Of a stretch of 32,000 nt of DNA, positions 9,669 to 17,488 are shown piece after piece. The stretch covers positions 2,430,001-2,462,000 of the forward strand of contig NC_017856.1 in the NCBI RefSeq assembly GCF_000260965.1. The letters run 5' to 3'. Both the position numbers and the translations under genes were made by a program. The stretch's first letter is position 1, and every line of letters begins with the position of its first letter. The notes beneath the pieces are model-generated. The model saw only the letters and a list, made by a program, of their open reading frames with translations, had not been told where the DNA came from and searched no databases. This DNA is from Methylophaga frappieri. Its GTDB lineage: Bacteria > Pseudomonadota > Gammaproteobacteria > Nitrosococcales > Methylophagaceae.

Positions 9669-10528
9669 TGCAAATAGAATCAAGTTTGAACGGGTTAAGA
9701 GCCCGTCTGAAAAGTTGGCGTCAACAACAACAGACTATTGCGTTGGTGCCGACGATGGGCAATTTACATGCCGGTCATTTATCGCTATTGGAAAAAGCGA
9801 GAACACTCGCCGATAAAGTGGTTGTCAGCATTTTTATCAATCCATTGCAGTTTGATGACCCGACTGATTTGGCCGCCTATCCGCGTACCATCCAAGCAGA
9901 TATCCAACAACTGAGTCAATCAGAGTGCGACTTGTTATTTACCCCAGATCCAGACCTGATGTACCCGCTGGGACAAGCAAATCAAACCAAAATTCAAGTG
10001 CCAGGCGTCGATGACAAGTTATGTGGTTTAGCACGTCCAGGCCATTTTGATGGCGTTGCAACGGTCGTAACCAAGCTGTTTAATGTTATCCAGCCGGATA
10101 TGGCCATTTTTGGTGAAAAAGATTATCAGCAATTATTACTCATTGAAAAACTGGTCACGGATCTGAATCTGTCACTCAATATTGTCGCTGCACCGACTTG
10201 TCGAGAAGCAGATGGCTTGGCGATGAGCTCACGCAACAGCCGGTTATCCGAGCAGCATCGGCAGAAAGCCCCCATGCTTTATCAAGAATTAGTGCAAATA
10301 CGCGATGCCGTTTTGGCAAAATCAAACCGTGATTATGCTGCTTTGTGTCAAGCAGCGCGTGAGCGGCTGACTAAGGCCGGCTTTGATGTGGATTACCTCG
10401 AAATTCGCAATGAAAATGATTTGGAAAATGTCGGGGATAGCGACATTAAACCGCTAAGGGTCTTGGTTGCTGCGAGGCTTGGCTCGGTTCGGCTTATTGA
10501 CAATATCCCAATCTCCTTGTCTGAATAG
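9668..10528 (+). CDS. panC: pantoate--beta-alanine ligase
   Basis: VPTMGNLHAGHLSL HIGH-type motif. 286 aa. Confidence 0.96.
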   Translation: MQIESSLNGLRARLKSWRQQQQTIALVPTMGNLHAGHLSLLEKARTLADKVVVSIFINPLQFDDPTDLAAYPRTIQADIQQLSQSECDLLFTPDPDLMYPLGQANQTKIQVPGVDDKLCGLARPGHFDGVATVVTKLFNVIQPDMAIFGEKDYQQLLLIEKLVTDLNLSLNIVAAPTCREADGLAMSSRNSRLSEQHRQKAPMLYQELVQIRDAVLAKSNRDYAALCQAARERLTKAGFDVDYLEIRNENDLENVGDSDIKPLRVLVAARLGSVRLIDNIPISLSE

Positions 10529-10574
10529 CGTTAAAAAGCGATAATATCAGGCTGATTAACAAGATATCTCTGCC

Positions 10575-10955
10575 ATGCAACTGACATTGCTCAAAGCTAA
10601 ATTACATCGTGCTTGTGTTACCCACTCAGAGTTAGAGTATGAGGGAAGCTGCGCGATTGATGGGAAACTGCTGGCTGCTGCCGGTATTCGTGAGTATGAA
10701 CAAATTCATATTTATAACGTAGCCAATGGTGAGCGGTTTGTCACTTACGCTATTCGCGCTGAAGACGGCTCAAACATTATTTCCGTGAATGGCGCTGCAG
10801 CGCATAAAGCCTCTCCAGGTGACCGTATTATTATCTGTGCCTACAACACCATGGATGTACAAGAAGCAGAAAATTTTAAGCCCACGCTGGTCTATCTCGA
10901 TGAGCATAATGACATCACACACATGCGTGATGCGATTCCGGTACAAGCGGCCTAA
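10575..10955 (+). CDS. panD: aspartate 1-decarboxylase proenzyme
   Basis: [20 protein letters not shown] with the self-processing Gly-Ser site. 126 aa. Confidence 0.96.
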   Translation: MQLTLLKAKLHRACVTHSELEYEGSCAIDGKLLAAAGIREYEQIHIYNVANGERFVTYAIRAEDGSNIISVNGAAAHKASPGDRIIICAYNTMDVQEAENFKPTLVYLDEHNDITHMRDAIPVQAA

Positions 10956-11013
10956 ACGTATTTGCTAACTGTCACTTTTCTGTCACAACATTGTTATAAA
11001 TATTTAATATCAC

Positions 11014-11049
11014 TGCTCTAAACTGTTGGCTAATCAATTGTTTAGAGCA
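11014..11049 (+). repeat. 10-bp perfect inverted repeat (TGCTCTAAAC / GTTTAGAGCA) with a 16-nt spacer, ending 5 nt before the start codon at 11055
   Basis: Read directly: 11014-11023 and 11040-11049 are reverse complements. No T-run follows, so it is not a canonical terminator. The 3' arm covers the position where an RBS would lie. Confidence 0.6.
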
Positions 11050-11054
11050 TAACA

Positions 11055-12761
11055 ATGCTGAACATCGAACAAGCGGTTCAAGAAAAATTTCCCAAGTTTG
11101 AACGTAGTAAACCTTGGTTTAAAAAATCAACACTGCGGTTTTTACGGCGCATCACCCATGAACAGGAAGTCAATCACTTTCTGACGCGGCACTCGCAATT
11201 AACCGGGTTTGATTTTATCGATGAAGTGCTGGACTATTTCAACTTCAGTTACAGCATTTCAAATCGCCATCGTAGCAATATTCCAGCGACAGGCCGCGTA
11301 GTTATTATTGCCAACCATCCTTTAGGTGCCTTGGACGGCCTCTCTTTATTGAAAATGGTTGGTGAAGTTCGCCGAGATGTCAAAATTGTCGCCAATGATA
11401 TGTTGCTTAATTTTGATGCACTTAAGCCGCTTTTTTTACCGGTTGATAATCTGTCTAAATCAACGCGTAAAAGTAGTGTCGCCAGAATTATTGACAGTTT
11501 GAATCAAGATGAGGCTGTTATTGTCTTCCCGGCAGGTGAGGTTTCCCGAATTCGTCCTAGTGGCGTGCGCGATGGTAAATGGAATAGTGGTTTTCTGAAT
11601 TTTGCAAAAAAAACCGGCGCGCCTATTTTGCCTGTTTTTGTTGGCGCGAGAAATTCCTCACTCTTTTATAGTGCCTCTATGGTTTATAAACCATTATCCG
11701 GCATGATGTTAGCGCATGAAATGTTTAACAAAAATTCAAAAACGATCAGCATGTGCGTGGGAGAGCCAATCCCCTACGCGCAAGTAGAGTCGTTACCACT
11801 GGTCAAAGCCGAAAAAGCAAAATTATTACGGCGGCACCTGTATCGTCTTGCTAAAGGTAAGAAACCGCTTTTTCTAACGGAACAAACTGTTGCGCATCCC
11901 CAAGATAGACGCATCATTAAACAAGAGCTTAAGCAGGCACAATTGCTAGGGGAAACGGCGGATAATAAAAAAATCTATTTATTTAATTACCAGTCGGATT
12001 CTGCCGTCATGCAAGAAATTGGACGTCTGCGTGAAATGACATTTCGTCAGGTGGGTGAGGGCACCGGAAAAAAGCGTGATCTTGACCACTATGATCGCAG
12101 TTATCGACATTTGATTCTCTGGGATGAGCAAGAGCTTGAAATTGCCGGCGCTTATCGTATCGGTGAGGTCGATGCGATTAAACGGCAAGGCGGCGAGATC
12201 TATTCAACAGAATTATTTGACTATCAGCCTGCCATGCAGCCGTATTTTGAACAGGGTATTGAGCTGGGCCGAAGCTTTGTCAGTCCGAAATATTGGGGAA
12301 AGCGCAGTCTCGATTACCTCTGGTATGGCATTGGCGCATATCTGAAGCAATATCCAGAAATACGCTATTTGTTTGGTCCTGTGAGCTTGAGTAATAGTTA
12401 TCCTGCTTATGCGCAAGCGTTGATTGTGGCTTACTACCAGCATTATTTTCCAGATAATGAGCAGTTGGCAACCGCACGGGTTCCGTTTGTTGCTGATGCT
12501 GGATCAGTCGCACGAGCACAGGAAGTTCTGCAAAAAAATGATGCTGATGCTGATTTTGCAATGCTAAAAAATCAATTAGCCCATATGCAAATGACGGTGC
12601 CAACCTTATACAAACAATATGCGGATGTGTGTGAGTCAGGTGGTGTCCGGTTTATTGATTTTAACGTCGATGCCGATTTTGGTTACTGTGTCGATGGCTT
12701 GGTGATGGTTGATTTACACCAGCTGAAACCAGCCAAACGTAAACGTTATCTGGGTGGTTAA
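11055..12761 (+). CDS. two-domain acyltransferase: N-terminal PlsC-like O-acyltransferase plus C-terminal OlsB/GNAT-like N-acyltransferase (OlsF-like aminolipid synthase)
   Basis: The N-terminal part has IIANHPLGALDGL and VFPAGEVSR blocks resembling the PlsC-family catalytic and binding boxes. The C-terminal part has EMTFRQVGEGTGKKRDLDHYDRSYRHLILWD...IAGAYRIG, resembling OlsB-type (Acetyltransf_5) N-acyltransferases. At 568 aa it is close to the bifunctional OlsF architecture. Confidence 0.65.
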   Translation: MLNIEQAVQEKFPKFERSKPWFKKSTLRFLRRITHEQEVNHFLTRHSQLTGFDFIDEVLDYFNFSYSISNRHRSNIPATGRVVIIANHPLGALDGLSLLKMVGEVRRDVKIVANDMLLNFDALKPLFLPVDNLSKSTRKSSVARIIDSLNQDEAVIVFPAGEVSRIRPSGVRDGKWNSGFLNFAKKTGAPILPVFVGARNSSLFYSASMVYKPLSGMMLAHEMFNKNSKTISMCVGEPIPYAQVESLPLVKAEKAKLLRRHLYRLAKGKKPLFLTEQTVAHPQDRRIIKQELKQAQLLGETADNKKIYLFNYQSDSAVMQEIGRLREMTFRQVGEGTGKKRDLDHYDRSYRHLILWDEQELEIAGAYRIGEVDAIKRQGGEIYSTELFDYQPAMQPYFEQGIELGRSFVSPKYWGKRSLDYLWYGIGAYLKQYPEIRYLFGPVSLSNSYPAYAQALIVAYYQHYFPDNEQLATARVPFVADAGSVARAQEVLQKNDADADFAMLKNQLAHMQMTVPTLYKQYADVCESGGVRFIDFNVDADFGYCVDGLVMVDLHQLKPAKRKRYLGG

Positions 12762-13222
12762 CGGCCATGACAGCGTTTAAACTTCAAGCCACTTCCGCAC
12801 AGACAAACGGCATTTCGTGGTAGCGATACCGGTGGCAAAATGAGGCCATCGCGGTAAAACCATAAACCAGTTTCATAAGTAAATTGACTGCGCTCATGAA
12901 GTTGGCCTAGTGGCGAATCATCATAAAAAGCCACAAACTCAACGCTTGCTGTGTCGGTTTGTTGCGTGTTTGCGAGGATAGTTAACCCCAGCCATGTGGT
13001 TGTTGCACAGATTGTTTCCAAATGTTCCCGATCGTCAGGTTGGCGTTTATCTGGATGTAGAGTCTGTAAGAGAAAGTCGATTTTTCCTAAGGTAAAAGCG
13101 CTGTATCTGGCGCGCATCAGTTGCGTTGCCATTGATGCTTTATTGTGATTGCTGAGCACAGGCTGACAACACACATTGTAGTCCAGACCCGACTGACAAG
13201 CACACGCTGTACTAGTCATCAT
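12758..13222 (-). CDS. ychJ: YchJ-family (UPF0225) protein with SEC-C zinc motifs at both ends
   Basis: N-terminal CACQSGLDYNVCC and C-terminal CLCGSGLKFKRCHGR SEC-C motifs flank an NTF2-like core. The ORF-track start is a GTG at 13231. The ATGs at 13222 and 13219 fit the family N-terminus better. Confidence 0.85.
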   Translation of the reverse strand: MMTSTACACQSGLDYNVCCQPVLSNHNKASMATQLMRARYSAFTLGKIDFLLQTLHPDKRQPDDREHLETICATTTWLGLTILANTQQTDTASVEFVAFYDDSPLGQLHERSQFTYETGLWFYRDGLILPPVSLPRNAVCLCGSGLKFKRCHGR

Positions 13223-14009
13223 TAAGCCCACTTTTTAATAAATCGGGGTGGATCAAACGGTAACCTAATTGATGTTTGATTTTATCGTTACTCACTTGCT
13301 TCCATGCGGGAATTGTTTGGTCATCAAAATTTGGTGGCGGCAGGTTTAGGCAAGCGCTTGCAAAGGAATAAAATATTTTTTTCGTTGGATGCGTATCAGA
13401 GCAGGCATTAAAAACGTCACCCCAGAACTGTTGCTGGATAATGCAATCAATCATGCCAATGACATCGTCAAGATGAATCAGATTTGTTGGCGCGTCAGCC
13501 TGGGGGACAGCTTTGCCATGTTGAAAAAAACGACCTGGATGGCGGCGTTGATCAACTAATCCGCTACATCGCAGGATTGTTGTCTTAAAGCCAGACTCTG
13601 CTCGGAAGCATTGCTCAATTTGAAACAGCGCGTTGTCTGGGTTTTCAGCGCCTTCATCTTCGGTCACCACGCGGTTCAGATTTCTGTAAACCGAAGAAGA
13701 GCTGATTAACAAAACTGTAGAAACCGGGCTCTCCGCGATATGCTTGGCCAGCTGAGCAAAGGCAGCAACGTCTTTACAGGTGATGTTGATGATCAGGATA
13801 GGGCCATTCAGAAAAGCCGTTAATTCATGTTTCGCTGGTGCGGTCACGTCAAGACGAAATGGGAGGGCACCAGCCGATTCTAACTCTGGAAATCGATGCA
13901 GTTGTCGTGTTGACGCGGCCACCTGCAAGCCGTATGTGTCATGAAAAAAGCGGATCAGGGGTAAGCCCAGCCAGCCACTTCCCAGTATGCTGATATCAAA
14001 TTTGTGCAT
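13212..14009 (-). CDS. yeeZ: YeeZ-like NAD(P)-binding Rossmann protein (atypical SDR/epimerase family)
   Basis: ILGSGWLGLPL glycine-rich loop, SSSSVY, and ILRCSGLVDQRRHPGRFF...NLIHLDDVIGMI closely resemble my recollection of E. coli YeeZ. The internal ATG at 14009 places the Rossmann motif at the N-terminus and removes the overlap with the divergent gene. Confidence 0.7.
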   Translation of the reverse strand: MHKFDISILGSGWLGLPLIRFFHDTYGLQVAASTRQLHRFPELESAGALPFRLDVTAPAKHELTAFLNGPILIINITCKDVAAFAQLAKHIAESPVSTVLLISSSSVYRNLNRVVTEDEGAENPDNALFQIEQCFRAESGFKTTILRCSGLVDQRRHPGRFFQHGKAVPQADAPTNLIHLDDVIGMIDCIIQQQFWGDVFNACSDTHPTKKIFYSFASACLNLPPPNFDDQTIPAWKQVSNDKIKHQLGYRLIHPDLLKSGLNDD

Positions 14010-14109
14010 GCCTGATATTGTAATCCAGCTGCAAGCATCGTGACAGTTTGTCTGGAATCGCATAGAGTTGATAAATAAATCAGCAATAAACGCAGTGTCA
14101 GGAGTTTTC

Positions 14110-14640
14110 ATGTTACGTTTACTACTGTTTGTGCAAATCGGATTGTTTGCCTCAACAGGGCAGGCTGGTGGATTGATTCAGCCAGGTGACCGGTTATTGG
14201 CGCAAACCTCGGTTTGGACTGCCCATTATGATCCTGAGTCAGATCATAACAATCACCAGCGATTGATTAATCTTGAGTATTACTTTGCACCGCAGACGCG
14301 CCCTTATCAGATAGATTTTGGTGACTGGCGTGATGATCTGCAATGGTTAGCCGGTGCTGCAACATTTCGAAATTCATTTGATCAACAGAGTCAGTATGTC
14401 TATGGCGGCAGTCGTTATGATCTGCCTGTCAGTCAGTTCAGCAATGTTTATATCAAGGTAACCGCTGGCTTGTTACATGGTTATCGCGGTGAATATCAGG
14501 ATAAGGTGCCATTCAATAGTCTGGGTATTGCTCCCGTTATTTTGCCCGCGGTTGGTTGGCAATATCGTCGGGCAAATGTCGAATTGGTGCCATTTGGCAC
14601 GGCTGGTATGACCATGAATGTCGGTTGGATATTTGATTAA
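14110..14640 (+). CDS. PagP-like outer-membrane beta-barrel protein (lipid A palmitoyltransferase family), tentative
   Basis: AGGAG RBS 5 nt before ATG 14110 and a signal peptide MLRLLLFVQIGLFASTGQA. Blocks WTAHYDPESD, FRNSFDQQS, TAGLLHGY and APVILPAVGWQY resemble E. coli PagP blocks (WHARFAYDKEK, FKDSWNKWE, TAGVTARD, PLPVLLPLASVGY). The protein ends in an aromatic-rich beta-strand. Confidence 0.45.
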   Translation: MLRLLLFVQIGLFASTGQAGGLIQPGDRLLAQTSVWTAHYDPESDHNNHQRLINLEYYFAPQTRPYQIDFGDWRDDLQWLAGAATFRNSFDQQSQYVYGGSRYDLPVSQFSNVYIKVTAGLLHGYRGEYQDKVPFNSLGIAPVILPAVGWQYRRANVELVPFGTAGMTMNVGWIFD

Positions 14641-14715
14641 ATAGTGTGATGCTATACAGCAACTTCATGAAAGATTAGACTTAAACCTTGTTTGTTTCCT
14701 GAGTGACCCTATTTC

Positions 14716-15753
14716 ATGAGTTTGCTTATCGCCTTTGCGATACTATCCATTGCTGCCTCTTTTCTCTGTTCTGTTCTCGAAGCTACCCTATTATCTATTA
14801 CGCCCAGCTATATTGCTCAGCAAAGATCCGAGCGGCCGCGTTTGTACAGCAAACTAAATCGGCTTAAAGAAAAAATTGATCAGCCGTTGGCGGCGATTCT
14901 AACCCTGAATACGGTGGCTCATACCGTGGGTGCCTTAGGTGTTGGTGCGCAGGTTACGGTGGTATTTGGCAGTGGTTATCTGGGCGTGGCTTCTGCGGTG
15001 ATGACCATCTTGATTTTGGTTCTGTCAGAAATTTTGCCGAAAACGATTGGAGCTCGCTATTGGCGTTCTATTGCGCCCTTGTTACCGTCCGTGCTCAACA
15101 CCATGATTTTAGTGCTTAAACCGTTTATCTGGATGTCTGACTGGATTATGAAAATTCTTGATAATACCAGTGAGCAGCAGGGCGATACACGTCAGGAAAT
15201 TAAAGCCATGGCGCAGTTAGGGCATGAACTAGGTGAGCTTGACGATGATGAGTCGCGTGTCATTTTAAACGTGCTCGATTTACATGATATGAAAATCAGA
15301 GACATCATGACGCCGCGCACGGTCTGTGAATATGTTTATCCAGAAGAGACCGTCGCTGAGTTTATGTCGCAATATGCTCGTGGCCAATTTTCTCGCTACC
15401 CTGTGTTAAGTGCCGAGGATGAGTCTCCCCTCGGTGTCGTATTTCGACGCGATATTATCGGCGTAGAGGACGATAAGCTGATGCAGGATGTCATGATGAA
15501 ATCACCGTTGATTGTCACTGATCATATGGATGTGGAATCGGTCATGACGCAGTTGATGCGTGAACATCAGCATATGGCGATGGTCTTTGATGAATATGGT
15601 ACCTGGATGGGCATTGTCACCATGGAAGATATATTCGAAACGCTGATTGGCAAGTCGATTGTTGATGAGACGGACGATATTCCGAATATGCGACGGTTTG
15701 CTCGAAAACGCTGGGAAAAGCGGCGTCGTCAGCAAAGCCGCCAATATGACTAA
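14716..15753 (+). CDS. CNNM/DUF21 plus CBS-pair membrane protein (CorB/HlyC-family putative divalent-cation transporter), without the C-terminal CorC_HlyC domain
   Basis: Four N-terminal TM segments with a DUF21-like pattern (LSEILPKTIG), followed by a CBS-pair region (DIMTPR..., MAMVFDEYGTWMGIVTMEDIFE). 345 aa with a basic tail. Confidence 0.8.
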   Translation: MSLLIAFAILSIAASFLCSVLEATLLSITPSYIAQQRSERPRLYSKLNRLKEKIDQPLAAILTLNTVAHTVGALGVGAQVTVVFGSGYLGVASAVMTILILVLSEILPKTIGARYWRSIAPLLPSVLNTMILVLKPFIWMSDWIMKILDNTSEQQGDTRQEIKAMAQLGHELGELDDDESRVILNVLDLHDMKIRDIMTPRTVCEYVYPEETVAEFMSQYARGQFSRYPVLSAEDESPLGVVFRRDIIGVEDDKLMQDVMMKSPLIVTDHMDVESVMTQLMREHQHMAMVFDEYGTWMGIVTMEDIFETLIGKSIVDETDDIPNMRRFARKRWEKRRRQQSRQYD

Positions 15754-15818
15754 TAGATGATTATGATTGCCGTATTGCGTCTTTAGCGCACTGCGACTAC
15801 GGTTCCAGATGAAATAAG

Positions 15819-16328
15819 ATGAGTATATCGGGCAGACAAACCGGCGCCACCAGTGGACTTGCCATCGTATTTTGGTTGTTATTGATGGCATCCTTAACGT
15901 TATTTTTTAATGGCTTTATTGACCGGCAGGATAATCCTAATCGACATCTTAATAATGCCACGCCACAGTCGCAGGTCGTACTTGAACGTAATCGAGCAGG
16001 GCATTATGTGGCACCGGGAAAAATTAACGGTCACGATGTGACCTTTTTATTGGATACCGGTGCCACCCATATCAGTATACCTGCCGGTGTAGCTCGTGCT
16101 GCCGGATTAGTGGCCGGTCGCGCTGTCAGGGTGAATACAGCAAACGGCATCATTACGGTGCATCAGACACGATTGCAGACGGTGCAACTGGGCGGTATTG
16201 TTCTCAGTGAGATTAGCGCGAATATTAACGCCCATATGTCTGACGAGATTGTTCTGTTAGGCATGAGTTTTATGCGTCATCTGGACATGACCCAGCGTGA
16301 TGGCATGCTGACGCTTAAACTTCCCTAG
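15819..16328 (+). CDS. membrane-anchored retropepsin-like (clan AA) aspartic protease
   Basis: One N-terminal TM helix, then a single retropepsin lobe with the catalytic FLLDTGATHISIP motif and a later ILLGMSFM flap/dimer-type block. 169 aa. Confidence 0.8.
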   Translation: MSISGRQTGATSGLAIVFWLLLMASLTLFFNGFIDRQDNPNRHLNNATPQSQVVLERNRAGHYVAPGKINGHDVTFLLDTGATHISIPAGVARAAGLVAGRAVRVNTANGIITVHQTRLQTVQLGGIVLSEISANINAHMSDEIVLLGMSFMRHLDMTQRDGMLTLKLP

Positions 16329-17011
16329 CGTGCGCTATTTCGGTATCGCTGATGCAAGATAGCAACGCGTTCGACGTAAACTTCGGTCTCTTCATACGGT
16401 GGTATGCCCTTATACCGTTTCACGGCGCCGGGACCAGCGTTATATGCTGCGGTGGCCAGCCGTGTGTTCTGGTCAAAGGTGCTTAACATCAAGGCCAGAT
16501 ACTTAATGCCGCCCTCAATATTCTCTTTGGCATTAAACGCGTTTTTGACGCCCATATCCTTGGCTGTACCGGGCATCAATTGCATTAGACCTTGAGCCCC
16601 TTTCGCTGAGCGGGCATCAACACGAAATGCTGACTCCGCATGAATGACGGCACGCACTAAAGCGGGATCGACATTATGTTTTGCTGATAATTGGCTGATT
16701 TCATTATGATAATCCCGCGTATTTAGGGCGATTGTATGCCAATCAATAGATGAATCAGGATTACAAGCAAAGCAGTCGTAGCGGAGCACTTCGAATTCGC
16801 CCGAGAGCGGTTTTTGGTCAGAAAATATCACCCCATCACCCTGATTATTGAGGGTCTTGTAGATGATGGTTTGTCGGTGCGAAGTTGCAGCATTGCCCTC
16901 AGGTATATTCTGGTTGCTGAATTCGATAATGCCATCAGCAGATTGACTTTGTCTTATCTCAGCGGCAAAGCTCGGGGACAATGCAAACAAAATTGTGATA
17001 AGGGCGGACAT
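16325..17011 (-). CDS. lytic transglycosylase (SLT domain) with N-terminal DUF4124-like motifs
   Basis: Signal peptide and DUF4124-like IIYKTLNNQGDGVIFSDQKP. SLT catalytic region HAESAFRVDARSAKGAQGLMQLMPGTA...AAYNAGPGAV. Confidence 0.85.
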   Translation of the reverse strand: MSALITILFALSPSFAAEIRQSQSADGIIEFSNQNIPEGNAATSHRQTIIYKTLNNQGDGVIFSDQKPLSGEFEVLRYDCFACNPDSSIDWHTIALNTRDYHNEISQLSAKHNVDPALVRAVIHAESAFRVDARSAKGAQGLMQLMPGTAKDMGVKNAFNAKENIEGGIKYLALMLSTFDQNTRLATAAYNAGPGAVKRYKGIPPYEETEVYVERVAILHQRYRNSAR

Positions 17012-17014
17012 GTC

Positions 17015-17476
17015 TTACCAGTAGCGGCCACTGATACCAATTACGATAACGATCAAACCTAAAATCAGATTTGCCCGAATAAATTTACGAATATTATCTA
17101 ACGCATTAGACGCGGTTAGCCAATCCTGTTCGGCCACTGCCCACTTCAGTTTACGGAAGGGATTGAAATAGACGTGCATGAACAGCAACATCATCAATAT
17201 GCCCAGTAACAGCATGATATGGACATGCACGCCAACGCCGGAAAGTCCCCCAAAACCACCAAGCATGACAATCATCGAGATGCCGGTAATGAGGATAATG
17301 GCAATACTCGCCCATATCCATGGAAAAAAACGACCAAAAATATTCCGCCATAGTGGCAGCCGTTGCTCAGGTGCCAACATCGTTGCCGCTGCGGGCCGTA
17401 AAAACATGAAGGCAAAGAACATCCCGCCTACCCAAATCACGGTGGCTAAAATATGTAAGCTAATGGCAAAGCCCAT
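17015..17476 (-). CDS. CopD/HemJ-superfamily small integral membrane protein
   Basis: Four predicted TM helices. The N-terminal SLHILATVIWVGGMFFAFMFLRP pattern (conserved His plus W-x-G) is typical of CopD-like proteins. No specific function can be read. Confidence 0.5.
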   Translation of the reverse strand: MGFAISLHILATVIWVGGMFFAFMFLRPAAATMLAPEQRLPLWRNIFGRFFPWIWASIAIILITGISMIVMLGGFGGLSGVGVHVHIMLLLGILMMLLFMHVYFNPFRKLKWAVAEQDWLTASNALDNIRKFIRANLILGLIVIVIGISGRYW

Positions 17477-17488
17477 GGCAGGTTCCTC

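Noticed and set aside
14010-14111. Apparent 44-nt overlap of the divergent ORFs 13212-14111 (-) and 14068-14640 (+) in the ORF track.
   Set aside because: The overlap is resolved by internal starts. ATG 14009 puts the Rossmann GxGxxG at the N-terminus of the YeeZ-like protein. ATG 14110 has an AGGAG RBS and begins a signal peptide. This leaves a normal 100-bp divergent promoter region.
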